This document shows positions 38,049-50,809 of a stretch of 64,000 nucleotides of DNA, piece by piece. Both the position numbers and the translations under genes were made by a program. The DNA is from Antedon mediterranea (lineage: Eukaryota > Animalia > Echinodermata): the NCBI RefSeq assembly GCF_964355755.1, contig NC_092675.1:8055812-8119811 (forward strand), given 5' to 3'. The notes under the pieces are model-generated. The model was not told the origin of the DNA, ran no database searches, and saw nothing but the letters and a program-made list of their open reading frames with translations. Within the stretch, counting starts at the first letter, position 1. Every line of letters starts with the position of its first letter.

Positions 38049-38590
38049 CCTAAAGTTAGACTAGAGGCCCCCCTTCCCCCAACTAACCCAGCTTAGATAT
38101 TGTAGATACCACCAGCAACCAATGTTATATGATTTAGCACATGTAGGCAATACCAAATGACCTATTACAGACTATCTGTACACTGCCTTGGCCCTGGCAG
38201 ACCCCTCTAAAGTTAGACTAGAGACCCCTCTTTCCCCAACTAGCCCAGCTTAGATATTGTAGATACCACCAGCAACCAATGTTATATGATTTAGCACATT
38301 GTAAGCAATCACCAAATGACCTATTACAAACTATCTGTACACTGCCTTGGCCCTGGCAGACCCCTCTAAAGTTCGACTAGAGACTCCATTCCCCCAACTG
38401 GCCTAGCTTAGATCTTGTAGATACCACCAGCAACCAATGTTATAATTATGATTTAGCACATTGTAAGCAATACCAAATGACCTATAACAGACTATCTGTA
38501 CACTGCCTTGGCACTGGCAGACCCCTCTAAAGTTTCCCCATTTACCCCAAGTATATAGCTTACCTTAGATATTGTAGATACCACCAGCAG
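38049..38590. repeat. Tandem repeat of about 157 bp (about 3.5 copies), mirrored at about 42115-42662
   Basis: The anchor CTTAGAT.TTGTAGATACCACCAGCA recurs at 38092, 38249, 38407 and 38564; more diverged units lie upstream. Confidence 0.85.
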
Positions 38591-39144
38591 CAAAAAAAAA
38601 CCACCCAAAACAACATATTTAATTGAATAAAGTTTAACTTTAACCGAACTAACACAAAACAATTGAAAATATATCACATCAATGACGATAAAATGACCAT
38701 TACCATTTTAAAGGGAAAAATAGTTTAAGAGTTTCACTTCAAACTTAGGCCTATATAAGCCAAATATAAACAAGTACGGATTCGAGTAAATTTAGCATTC
38801 CTGTTAAGAATTGTGAGGATCTGGAATTCCTTGCCTTTGAATGTCAAAGATACATTCGTCTGTAACTCTTGCAACCTATTTTAAGAGAAAGCTTAGTAAT
38901 CACCTTAATCAAATTCAGGATTGTAGTAACTTAATCCAAAGTGATTTGATTAATTAATAGTTGGTAATTTTAAATGCTGTATATTATAATCTTAATCCTC
39001 TATATATATTTATATATATAAATCCAAAGGCAAATAACTGAAAAAATGACAATGCTGTGGGTATCAGTGGCTGAATCTCAATGGAGATACAAACAAAAAG
39101 TGAAAAGCTAAATCAAAAGGATAAAGTAAAACAGCCAGAAACGT

Positions 39145-39187
39145 TAGCAGAGCTTTCGGGCAACACTAGCCCTTCATCATTGCAAGT
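39145..39187 (-). ncRNA. Minimal type-I hammerhead ribozyme in the Penelope pseudo-LTR (sense copy, core C>A)
   Basis: Minus strand reads ACTTGCA-ATGATGA-A-GGGC-TAGTGTT-GCCC-GAAA-GCTC-TGC. Confidence 0.6.
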
Positions 39188-39334
39188 GAAGGATAAGAGC
39201 TGGCAAGTGCTGCCTGGGTGGACAGGAATAAAAGAAATACAACAAAAGGAGACAGGGTGGAGTCTGAATAAGAGTAGAAAACAAGGAAGGTAGCTTGGTA
39301 GAGATACAGTATAAACAATTTTGGAATGAAACTA

Positions 39335-39450
39335 AACATGGCCAACAGCTATAAGTCGCGTGCTAAAACGCATAGTGATACCGGACCGACAGACAGACCG
39401 ACAGACCGCCGACATAGTGAACTATAGAGTCGCGTCCACGCGACTAAAAA
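39335..39450. mobile_element. Short HINE/DINE-1-like element inside the Penelope 3' region
   Basis: Same head, microsatellite and AGTCGCGTCCACGCGACT hairpin as 19246-20084. Confidence 0.75.
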
Positions 39451-39484
39451 CAGCTTAAATGGTGGTTAATATTGAAACTTAAAT

Positions 39485-41330
39485 TTAGGTAGACAATGGA
39501 ATAATTTTACCAACCTGGGAGTATGTTTCTAATGTTAAGTACAAAAGGTTTTGTGGTTTTAAGTTGTAATTCCCAGTGGTTTTCCTTGTCTTTGCAAGTT
39601 TTGTCGCTCCATTTGACACATGGAATATTGCAATAACTCTGAAATTTGTTATCGAGTGACCAGATGAATTAAAATGTTCGGCTATAGGTTGAACAAGCTT
39701 TAATGTGTTGATAGCTGATCTGTGTTGTGTCATTCTCATACGGAGAGTGTTTTTTGTTTCTCCGACGTACTGTTTGCCACAAATATTACAGTATATGAGA
39801 TAAATGACGTTTTTGGTTAGACAATTAATTGATTGTCTTATCCGAAAAATGCGGCCAGTTTGGTTACTCTTACATTTTTCAGTAGAATCAACCAATGAAC
39901 AAGTTTTGCAAGATTTGCCGCAAAGGTGACTGCCCAAATTTTGACTGTCATGAGAGTTAATTTCACTCTTACATTTGGATCTGACTAATATATCACGAAG
40001 GTTGGGAGGTCTACGAAATGCAATAATGGGTGGTTCCGGAAAAACAGTCCTGAGACGTTCTGTGGACTGTAGAATGGGCATATGTTTCTCAATAAATTAA
40101 TAGCCCCGTAATGGAGGCAACCTAGGTTGATAGGTTTGTAATTTCTACTCCGGAGATGTCCGGTTAGTTCTTCGGTACGATTCTGAAAATCTAAATCTGA
40201 AGAACAGATACGTCTAATAGGTAATGCTTTACTGTTCGGTATGTTTTTAGTACAATGTTGGGGATGACAACTGCTAGGGAGCAGGTACATATTTTTATCA
40301 GTGGATTTACGGAATAGGTCAGTTTTGAGAGTACCATTTTCTATGGTCACTATAGTGTCCACAAAATCAACGCTACTAGTGGATTTGGTAACTGTAAATC
40401 TTAGGATCGATGGAGTGTTTTTTTTTACCATCACAGAAACAGATTTTGCCACCTTATCCGCAATTTCCGGGGTGGGTTCCGTTGTGAGTTTACGATATAT
40501 AATGAAGCTGTCTTAAGGATTCCTCTTAATAAAATTTGATGTCCATAGCAACAGTGGCAGGACCTTTATCAGCGGGTTTAATGATGATATCATTACACTG
40601 ACGCAATTTGGCAATGGCCTGCCTCTCTTGTTTTGAGATTGTCACGTTTATCTGGACTCGGGACGTAGTTTTGTACATCCTCCTCAATAGCCTGGATAAA
40701 TGTTTCTAAAGCTGGACAACGATTTTTAGGTGGATTCCAGGAACTTTTTGGTTTAAATTTGTTAACGTTGCCTTCGTTTTGTGTGGTGCTGCTGTCTGAA
40801 TCAGCAAAATATTCACGTAATCGTAATCTTCTAGAAAAAGACTCTATATCCAAAGATACTTGTTGTGCGCCGACCTGCCTTGGTTTTGGGCAGAATTTAA
40901 GTCCTCGGGAAGGAAGTTTTTTCTCTCCTTCGGAAAGTCGACAATTAATTTCAACAACTGAATCAGAGGTGTTGCTCTGATTCTTGTTATATGTCCCAAC
41001 GAACCTTCTGCAGGGTTTCCTAAAAGCCCTGAAGTCATCCGAAGGTAGAGTCATTTGTGTTGAAATGACCAAGTCTGCATGGTAGACCAAATTTGTGATG
41101 TTCCCTTCGGGCCATTACCGTTGATTGTTTACGGCAGTCATTGGCGATAATCCTGAATTTGTTTTGAAACTAGGATGCAGGAAGTTCTCTTTTCAACTTC
41201 TTAGTTCTAGAGTGAATTTCAACGTCAAACTCAGTGAGGATTTTGCGGCAATTGTCAATTTGGATCTCATTGAGATCTCTAATTTTGTTCAAATACCTTT
41301 TCAAATAGATACAGTACTACATATCTACAT
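39485..41330 (-). mobile_element. Penelope-like retroelement, internally deleted (RT core missing), with GIY-YIG endonuclease
   Basis: Fragments LSEGEKKLPSRGLKFCP, IIIKPADKG, RFT...VDFVDTIV...TDLFRKST...SSCHPQH...IRRICS, and NVIYLIYCNICGKQYVGET...RMTQHR (GIY-YIG). No YxDD segment between the fragments. Confidence 0.88.
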
Positions 41331-41542
41331 AAATAAAGTACATAAAATAAAATTATATATATTTATAATTTTTTTTTTTTATATTTTTTTCGATCGAGAT
41401 ACGGTAGTGTTCAGTCTATCTGAAGATCGTTTAACGTAAAACACCGTGTAATAGACGTCCGTGTTCCATCTACTTTATAAAAATATATATTCGCTCTTGA
41501 TTCCAATTGAGCACGTTTGCAGCCTCAACGCATCTATATAAG

Positions 41543-41585
41543 ACTTGCACTGATGAAGGGCTAGTGTTGCGCGAAAGCTCTGCTA
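41543..41585 (+). ncRNA. Minimal type-I hammerhead ribozyme (inverted copy, intact CUGAUGA core, one stem-II mismatch)
   Basis: ACTTGCA-CTGATGA-A-GGGC-TAGTGTT-GCGC-GAAA-GCTC-TGC. Stem I is GCA/TGC; the stem III region is the palindrome AGCT. Confidence 0.65.
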
Positions 41586-44194
41586 ACTTTTCTGGCTGTT
41601 TACTTTATCGTTTTGATTTAGCTTTTCGCTTTTTTTTTGTATCTCCATTGAGATCCAGCCACTGATACCCACAGCATTGTCATTTTTTCAGTAATTTGCC
41701 TTTGGATTTATAAATATATATATATACATATGAATACAGGATTAAGATTATAATATACAGCATTTAAAATTACCCACTATTAATTAATCAAATCACTTAA
41801 GATTAAGTTACTACAATCCTGAATTTGATTAGGGTGATTACTAAGCTTTCTCTCAAAATATGTCCAAGAGTTACAGACGGATGTATCTTTGACATCCAAA
41901 GGCAAGGAATGCTAAATTTACCCGAATCCATACTTGTTATATATATTTGGCTTATAATATATAAGTTTTAATTGAAACTCTTAAACTATTTTCCCCTTTA
42001 GAATGGTAATGGTCATTTTATCGTCATTGATGTGATATATTTTCAATTGTTTTGTGTTAGTTCGATTAAAGTTAAACTTTATTCAATTAAACATGTTGTT
42101 TTGGGTGGTTATTTTTTTGCTGCTGGTGGTATCTACAATATCTAAGGTAGGCTATATACTTGGGGTAAATGGGGGAACTTTAGAGGGGTCTGCCAGTGCC
42201 AAGGCAGTGTACAGATAGTCTGTTATAGGTCATTTTGTATTGCTTACAATGTGCTAAATCATAATTATAACATTGGTTGCTGGTGGTATCAACAATATCT
42301 AAGCTAGGCCAGTTGGGGGAATGGAGTCTCTAGTCGAACTTTAGAGGGGTCTGCCAGGGTCAAGGCAGTGTACAGATAGTTTGTAATAGGTCATTTGGTG
42401 ATTGCTTACAATGTGCTAAATCATATAACATTGGTTGCTGGTGGTATCTACAATATCTAAGCTGGGCTAGTTGGGGAAAGAGGGTCTCTAATCTAACTTT
42501 AGAGGGGTCTGCCAGGGCCAAGGCAGTGTTCAGATAGTCTGTAATAGGTCATTTGGTATTGCTTACAATGTGCTAAATCATATAACATTGGTTGCTGGTG
42601 GTATCTACAATATCTAAGCTGGGTTAGTTGGGGGAAGGGGGGCCTCTAGTCTAACTTTAGGGTGTCTCGCACTTGCGGTGCAGCAGACAATTAGTCTGTT
42701 GTTATCCATTTAGTATTGTATGAACACAACTTGTTCGTTTGGAATTGATTTTGAGTGGTACCTCACTCATCTATGCTAACCCCATTTTAGGCCCTCCCTC
42801 GGGGGGGGGGGGGAGTCTGGCGGGCCTTTTGCAGCAGAGAAAAAGTCTGTCGTTTGTGATACTGTTATAAGGATGCCAATGGGCATCCCATGGTGGTAAA
42901 ATTAGGTGGTATCTCTCTCATCTAACCTGTGCCGATTTTTTAGCACGTTTCGGGGTCCCCCCGGTCTAGACGCAGCAGGGGGTACCCGGCAGACTCCCAT
43001 TTTCATTCACTTCAAGTGACCCCCAACACACTCAAATAGTCAGATATTGGTACCTAGCTCATCTAACCAAATGTCTCTGGGCTGCCGGTCTACTATTTAG
43101 ACTAGGCCTAGCCCCCCCCCCCCCCCCCCTACCCTCCTAGTCAATTTATTAAACAACTGTGGTTAAATTTCCACAACGATTCTTATGATTGAATGGGCCT
43201 AGGCCTAGACCAGGTTCAATGTGCGAAATCGTAAGTCTCTAGACACAGTAGTTTCGAGACGTCCGCGTGAAGCTGAGGCTATACTAGTCAGCCAGCCACG
43301 GAATACACCAATCTCTAAAAAATGTTGTTATTCGTTTTTTTCAACGTCACCTTTTGATATCTCCCCTACCACAAGCTTCACAAATAACTAAGTTACCAAC
43401 TATTACTAAGGGTTTTCTATGAAAATTAGGTTTTAAAAAGATATACAAAAACACATTTACTTACATTTCTAATCGCGTCAGCTACATAAATAAGGTGCGA
43501 AATTGGGTTAATTTATGATTAAATGCCCGCCCTGAAGAACCATGTGATTAATTGTGAAAAACATCTCACAGCGTCATAAGGCTTTGTTTCTTCATGAATA
43601 TTCATGATTTCAATTATTTACTTCTCTGATTACGTTCTCATTGGCTATTTATGTTTACTAATTTTATGCACGATTGCTTCTCCTTGCCACACGTGTGATA
43701 GGTATTGCTTGTTTGTTTATATAACCACTCCACTAACGTTGGGGGCGCTTCGGTTTATGTCTGTGGACTGTACCGGACGCTAGAAAAGTAAAATAACATA
43801 CCCGAATGCAACTCATTGTTTTGTGGCGAGGCAAGCGACGTCATTTAGTAACTATAATTTAATAAAGGCTTAAAAGTCTGAAAATTAAAAAAAAAAGATA
43901 AGGAAAATAGAAAGAAAAAGAGAACAACAAAAATAAAATTATAAAATGAAAAACAGAAAATAAAAAAGAGAAGAAAAAAAATAGAAAACTAACAATTAAA
44001 AAAGAAGACCAAAAAGAGGAAAGAAAACACAGAAAAGAAGAATAAAAGAAAGAAATAAGAAAATAAAAAGTGCTTTATAGGTTATTAACGTCACACAAAA
44101 CAATAAGACTCGTATAATACTTTAATTCAACAGTTGGTCCACGTTTAATAGTTGCACGTTCTTCGCGAATACTGGGTATTCGATATTTGAATTT

Positions 44195-47040
44195 ATCATA
44201 TCATAATTATATCATATCATTTATTTCGCCAATATACAGAACAGTACAAAAAAAAAACAATACAAAAGTAAGTCAATGAGGCCGGATATTAACCTAAAAG
44301 TTACAAATAAAAATAACCGTCGAGAGGCTCTCCACATCGAAATACTTACATAAAATGAATAATACATGGATTCTATTAAAATTGAGATAAAACTATAAAA
44401 TTCAGCAACGTGTTTTTATAAAAAAATTGTTAATTTAAAAAGATAGAATTAAGAAAATATCTTTAAAATATACATATGTTCAGATTAAAACAGATTGTTA
44501 AAATATTTCTTAAGGCTATGCTTAAAACAGTTTATATTAATTAAAAGTTGATCGCAGAGATCCGCAGGCAGATCTCTAAAATGTCTAACAAAAAAATTAA
44601 AGACAGAGTTATGAAATAAATCAGTCCGGGCTATAAAATTATTGCGCAACTTAAGGTTATTAACATGTCTGCAATTAATAGATAAATATTTAAAAACATT
44701 AACATCATATAATTTGTACATACATTTGGTAACAAAATTAATACATAAATACCTAATACGATTCTTAATGGACATCAGATTAAGGCGTTTCAAACGTTCA
44801 GGGTAAGGGAGACTGGCTGATCTTGGGAAGCATGTACGGGTGACCCTCCTTTGGACAGCTTCAAGAGCAGCGATGTCTTTTTTAAGAAAGGGGATCCAGG
44901 CAGGTAAACCGTAAGCAATATATGGTCTAACTAACGATATATATAGTCGCAATATAATAGCTTTATCACGACATTTGACAATACGTCTCACAAAACCAAA
45001 CATGCGATTAGATTTGGATTTAACATATTGGACATGATCAGCCCAAGTGAGTTTGCGATTCAGGTGAATTCCAAGATATTTAATGGAATTCGTAACGGAC
45101 AATCTATCATCTCCAATAAAATAATCACATGCTTGTTCAAGGCGACTGTTAGATCTAGTTATGTGCATCACAAAACATTTGTCAGTATTTAGTAGCATTT
45201 TGTTCGTCACACACCAGTTGTTAATAGCATGAAGATCCAACTGCAAAATCATTTCATCATTATCATTATGGTTATCTTTATCTTTGTTTTTGTTTCCGAT
45301 GGCTCTGTATATGAGAGTATCATCAGCATATTGTTGTATCTGTGATTCAATGCAGGAGGGGAGATCGGATACAAAGAGATTAAAGAGGATTGGCCCAATC
45401 ACTGATCCATGAGGAACCCCAGATTTTAACAATATATTCTCGGAAGTGGAGCCCCTAAATGTAACTCTTTGAGATCTACAGGATAGGTAGGATTTAAACC
45501 AGTCCAGCATTTAATCACAGATACCAAAATTATGTAATTTACTTAACAGAATCTTATGGCTAATTTTATCAAAAGCTTTCCGCCAATCGAGAAAAATCGC
45601 ATCGATATGGGGGGCGGAGAACGCTCATCAAGTATTTTAGACCAATCAGTTATAACATCTGTAAGTAAGGTGGTACAAGACCTACCCCTCAAGAAGCGAT
45701 GTTGTTTCTCGGAGAGAAGTGTATTTTCTTCAAGAAAAGATAGTAACTTTTAACTAACAACTCTCTCAAGCAATTTACCAATTGTAGAACATAAGGAAAT
45801 CGGTCTATAATTAGAAACATCACTATAGTCACCTGACTTATGGATTGGAATGATGTTGGCTGCCTTCATTTCAATGGGAAACACACCAGTGCTGAGAGAT
45901 AGATTAAATATTTTACATAATGGTTCAGTTGTGTAAATAGCAGCAATTTTAATCATAGTTGTGGTTATTCCATCAGGTCCAGGAGATTTACCTGTTTTTA
46001 GTTTGTTAATAACAGATATTATCTCAGCACCAGTGGTTTGGATATCAGTGAATTTGGGGTAGCCAGCATGCAAAATACAAGAATTATTCAAAAGGTGGTC
46101 AGGGTCGTCTTGAGAAAAATTAGCTGAGAATCTTTTATTGAAGGCTCAGCTATGATCTTTGGGTTGTTGACACAATTATCCTCAATGACAAAGGTATCAG
46201 TGCCGGGTTTAGCTCTGGAGCTTCTAACGAAGGACCAGAACTGTTTACAATGGTCGTTTTTTAAGGAAAGGTTCTTTAGATAACTTTTATATGATTTTTT
46301 AATTTTAGATTTCAAGTCATTACGACTACGTTTGTATCTATCCCACTTGTCCTTATTTACAGACCTAATAGCTGCTTTATAAAATCTATTCTTTTTTCTA
46401 ATTAAACTAAGAATCTCCCTTGAGATCCAAGTTTTTTAGGGCATCTTTTGGCCGACCTTAGGGGTACAACATCATTAATAGCTGCAATAAATTTACATTT
46501 AAAGTTTAACCATAACTCATTCACGTCAGTGGTATCACAGTTCCAGTTAATATTTGCGAATTTGTCAATAAAACGTTGAGGACAAATTTTAGAATAATCA
46601 TAAAAAGTACCCGCTGGTCTTGAAATGTTCTCCTTTGAGATACGAAGTTTGAAGGACTCCTTCGTGATCACTGTCGACACCTGGGTGAGGTTGAATTTCA
46701 GCTACCATGTCAGTACTACTAGAGTAAACATGATCGATAATTGTATTAGCCAAATTCTTATTGTAATGCGTGTAAAAATTAACACATTGCCTTAGATTTA
46801 AGACGTCTATTGTGTTTTACATATTTCGTTGTTTCGTTGAAATTGTGCCAGTAGATTGAAAATTAATGTTAAGGTCACCTGCAATAATTATTAAACTGTA
46901 CAAATTGGCGTCCACTAACACTTGATCGACACATTCCTGGAGTTTTTCGAAGAAATCCACTCTACTACCCGGAGGTCTGTACAGTGTCCCTGCTAAAATA
47001 GTCCAGTTAGGCCATGGGCTGAACATCAAAATTGTTACTT
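44195..47040 (-). mobile_element. Degenerate CR1/L2-clade LINE (APE + RT)
   Basis: Frameshifted ORFs carry GTLYRPPG and IAGDLN (APE), and KSPGPDGI, NYRPISL, SGVPHGSVIGP and QYADD (RT). The 3' end has AATAAA plus an (ATATG)n-like tail near 44195-44225. Confidence 0.9.
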
Positions 47041-47783
47041 TTCGTGGTGCCCCCTCTGGCAACTACATATTCTTTACATAAAAAGTTTGAAAAAAATATT
47101 TACAACATTAATCATAAACTTGCCATCGCCAATAAGGCACTGTTTTTGTAAAAAATGAAAAATTAGGAACAAATTATGAATTGTTATAAATAAATTATAA
47201 GGAGAGTTTTATTAAATGTTGACCAATGAGAAGCCTTCTGATATAGCTATTCGGTACACTAGCTTGGTATCAACAAAAAAACACTAGACGGTCACACACA
47301 TGTTGTAGGCCTACTCTTTGTGACTTTTATGATAAAATATGCAGAATTAGTGTTGTATTGACGTATCTAACTCTTTGAAAAGTTTATAAAACTAGCAGCA
47401 TCAATACACGCTAAATTTTAAGAATGTTACGCATGGTGGAAGCTACCTACTAAATGTTATGCATTTTGACTTCACTCCACCACCAGCAGCAGAGAGAGAT
47501 AAAGGGCTAGCCTACTACTAGGCCTACTACTAGCTAAGCCTACCCTACTTGCTAGAGGGAGGCACCCTATTCGATTGGAAGATGGTTAACAAGCAGTACT
47601 CTATTTGCCTTCTACTAGGTAAGCCTACAAAAGAGGGTAATTTTGACAGCTATTTTATATAGGCCTATAGGCCTATTTGTTCATATTATTAATAAAATAC
47701 TGTATAATAATTAATATTATAATAATAATGTACTGTATATTATTTATAGGCCTACCTAACTAGCCTAGTAGGCCTAGGTAGTA

Positions 47784-50700
47784 GGGCCTGTAACGCCAAA
47801 AGAAGTGACATTGCCAAATGAGGTTCGCGTGGCCTGTATCGCACAAGGCTAGGTCACTTAATTTGGCAGCACGTTTCTGGCGAGCTAATCGTGTTATAAA
47901 TATTGATATTACTTATTTCCAAATAAACACAAACTGAAAATTATTAACCGGAGTATTTCTAACCTAATAACCTTTACTCATTGTATGAAATTAAACCATT
48001 ATAACTGAAACATACGACGAAAATTTACTATTTTAGTGTAAAAAACGAAAGGCACTGTTCATCGAAAAATCTAGAAAACTCGAAATGCATGATGGGAAGC
48101 CTCCGACCCCTTTCTAAGCAGCTGGAAAAGAAGACTACTCGTTTTAGCGCCAAAGGAAAGTGTCTGAAGTCACGTCTGCATGTTATGCGGACATGGTCTG
48201 GGACAATTTGCCTTTGGCGCTAAAGCGTTTAGTGTTTGAGTTATGGGACGCTATTGCTGCATTATTTTCTAGTAATATTTTGATTTGACGTTCCTTTCGT
48301 CGGTACATTATTCCCGTTATTATTTTGTTCGGTTTTATGAATTTCTATGTTTATGTTTTCAAATTAAAATGATTATTCGTTGAATATGAATGTATCCTGT
48401 TATTCTACTGATTATTATATATATTTTTTGTTTAACATTGCTTACTATTTAATCAATTCCGTTTTTTTAAATGTATATGACCAATGTTATTTAGGCCTAT
48501 GTTTTTTATTTATAAGTTCTTTGTCACTACAGTATAACACTATATTTACTTTGATGTCTGAAACATTAAAACATAAATTCGCAATACTATGGCGAACCTA
48601 AGTCGCAAATTGTTAGTTGGATATTCGTTATAATTTCATCATCTCATTTGTTACACATGTGTGTTTGACCTATAATAAATAAATAAGGGATGGTAGGCCT
48701 AAAGGTAGTCGAGGGGAAATTCATCAAATTGTTTCATCAAAACAATAACTCATAAGGTCGGAAACATTTAGATAATGGAACCAAATTTTGCAATAAAGAT
48801 GAGATATTGCCTTGTTCTCTTCTTTTGTTATCAATCTTTTCATGTCACGTACCGTAATAGAATGTAACAGTTGAACATGCATATCACAATAAATAAATAA
48901 TGGTACCTAATTAGTTCAGCATTTTCATAAAGTTTTAACAATATTTGATGTCGGAAACATTCCCAATAATTTAGACTAATTTTGCAATATGTTAGATATT
49001 TTATTCAGCTGGTACTTTTTACCTTGATGTCGGAAACATTTGAACATAAATTCGCAATAATGGATCATAATAATATGTGCAATGAAGTTGTCATCTCATT
49101 TGTTCATATCGATGTGAGAAACAGTTTGGATGGGAATGTGGTGAGCGAAATTCTAAGCAAGCTAAATACATGATACAGTTATTTTAAGGTTGGGAACACA
49201 ACGTGAATTCGCAAATAATTGAACGTAATTTTGCAATAAAGTCGTCATCTCGTTTGTTCATATTACGATGTGGGAAACAAGTTTGGATGGGAGGGGTGGT
49301 GAACGAAATTCTAAGTAAGTATTACTTCGAAGTCGGAAACAACCTTAAATTCGCAATAATGCAATGGAACCTAATTTTGCAATGAAAATATGTGTAGTTG
49401 GTCGCTTTCTTGTCGATGCTTTTATTGTAGAACGTAATTTATTTTTCTCTGTTCTGGGTTGACCAACTAGCATAGGTGTTTAGCACCTGTTTGGTCTTTC
49501 CGTGCCTCCTTTTTTGTTTTGTCTTTGTTTATTTATTTATTTACCAGATTTCTTAGCGCCCTTTTCATGAAAACTCATGCTCAAAGGCGCTTCACATCAT
49601 AAAGACAAACATCATAAGCAATAATTACAAATTGTAATTGTTATGTTTATGGCAGAAATTGAATAAATAAAAATAAAATAAATAAATACATTGTATAATC
49701 CGGGTTGTAAAATTAAAACAAACAATTGAAAATCTCACAAATTCTTTATGTGTAAAATATTTTAAAACGAAGAACATTAATGAAAATAGGAGCCAATACG
49801 GAATTCATAAATGTAAAAATGTTACTGATGAATTGTAACGACATTGGGAATTAACAAATGTGTTAAATAATATGATTTTATGTAATGACATGAGATAATA
49901 TATGAATGTGGATAAAAGTGGTGTTTGCGCCACAAAAGAGAAAAAAAAGCTATCGATGGAATGGTGGGTACGAAATCCATGATAATTTAGTTACTTATCT
50001 AAAATAAATTCGACGGGAACCTGATTTTACAAGAGGACCTCTTATATGAGTTTGTGAGGACTCCGTTTATAGAGGACATCTTAATATCTGTTCTAAAGAC
50101 TCCTTAATATCAGTTCTAGAATTAACCTTAATTCAATTCAAATTGATCAGTTCTTTTCTAATGAAGAATCTGGGCAATTTACAATCAAGCAACAACACCA
50201 CATAATTCTACGTGAATTCTGCTGTACGTGAGCTAGCCTTAATAATCCGCCTGATTACGGTATATAGGCCTACCGTATTATTAGCTTCAGAATAAATGAC
50301 GACGCATTCTACAGATATTAAAACAAAATGAAAATATTAAATTGGCTTCGTCGAAATGTTGTACCTTGATAGACAGACCCCCAAGCAGACAGCCCACATT
50401 ACTGTACAGACAATCTGCACTGCAGCACAATCTATTGGTTTTAACTGTACACGCGGTGATTCAACTAAAAGCAGTAAAAACATTTTGGCACACAAGGCGT
50501 ATCATATAATTTGCGGACCATGACCGAAGCACTTCCGCTTCGATCTATTCGACGAAAATAAAAAAAGGATAACTATTTTCTGCTTTATATTTAATTTAAT
50601 GTAATAGCTTGATCTAATAACAGGCGTAACAACACAGAATACATATTGTAGTTTAATACTGGCTTAAATATGTTTGTTTTATATAAACTGTATTTAAAAA

Positions 50701-50809
50701 AATTACAATAGAACTTCATTTTGCAATAGTACCTAATTTGGCGCCTTAGACGCCAAATTAAGTGCGGTACCTCATTTGGCAGTGGTACCTCATTTGGCGT
50801 GACAGGGCC
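47784..50809. mobile_element. Non-autonomous TA-targeting DNA element with GG...CC termini
   Basis: TA|GGGCCTGTAACGCCAAA...TTTGGCGTGACAGGGCC|TA, with a repeated subterminal GCCAAATGAGGT motif at both ends. No coding capacity seen. Confidence 0.7.

Larger units (their letters stand above)
37627..43092. mobile_element. Composite fold-back element with about 1.56-kb inverted arms (TAG...CTA ends, Academ-like) enclosing a Penelope remnant
   Basis: 37627-39187 is the reverse complement of 41543-43092 with few differences. 3-bp duplication CTA at 37624-37626 and 43093-43095. Confidence 0.8.
29653..43765 (+). mobile_element. Full-length Chapaev-type (RAG1/Transib-related) DNA transposon with nested insertions
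   Basis: Termini CACAG...CTGTG flanked by the 4-bp direct repeat GACT (29649-29652 and 43766-43769). Inverted subterminal motif AGCGCCC-N12-GAGTGGT at 29693-29718 and 43724-43749. Encloses the transposase gene. About 6.7 kb once nested elements are removed. Confidence 0.8.

Noticed and set aside
38049-38590. CRISPR-like array
   Set aside because: Whole 157-bp units are repeated with no unique spacers, the context is eukaryotic, and there are no cas genes.
43860-44070. Lysine-rich coding segment
   Set aside because: A-rich low-complexity tract with no splice or ORF support.
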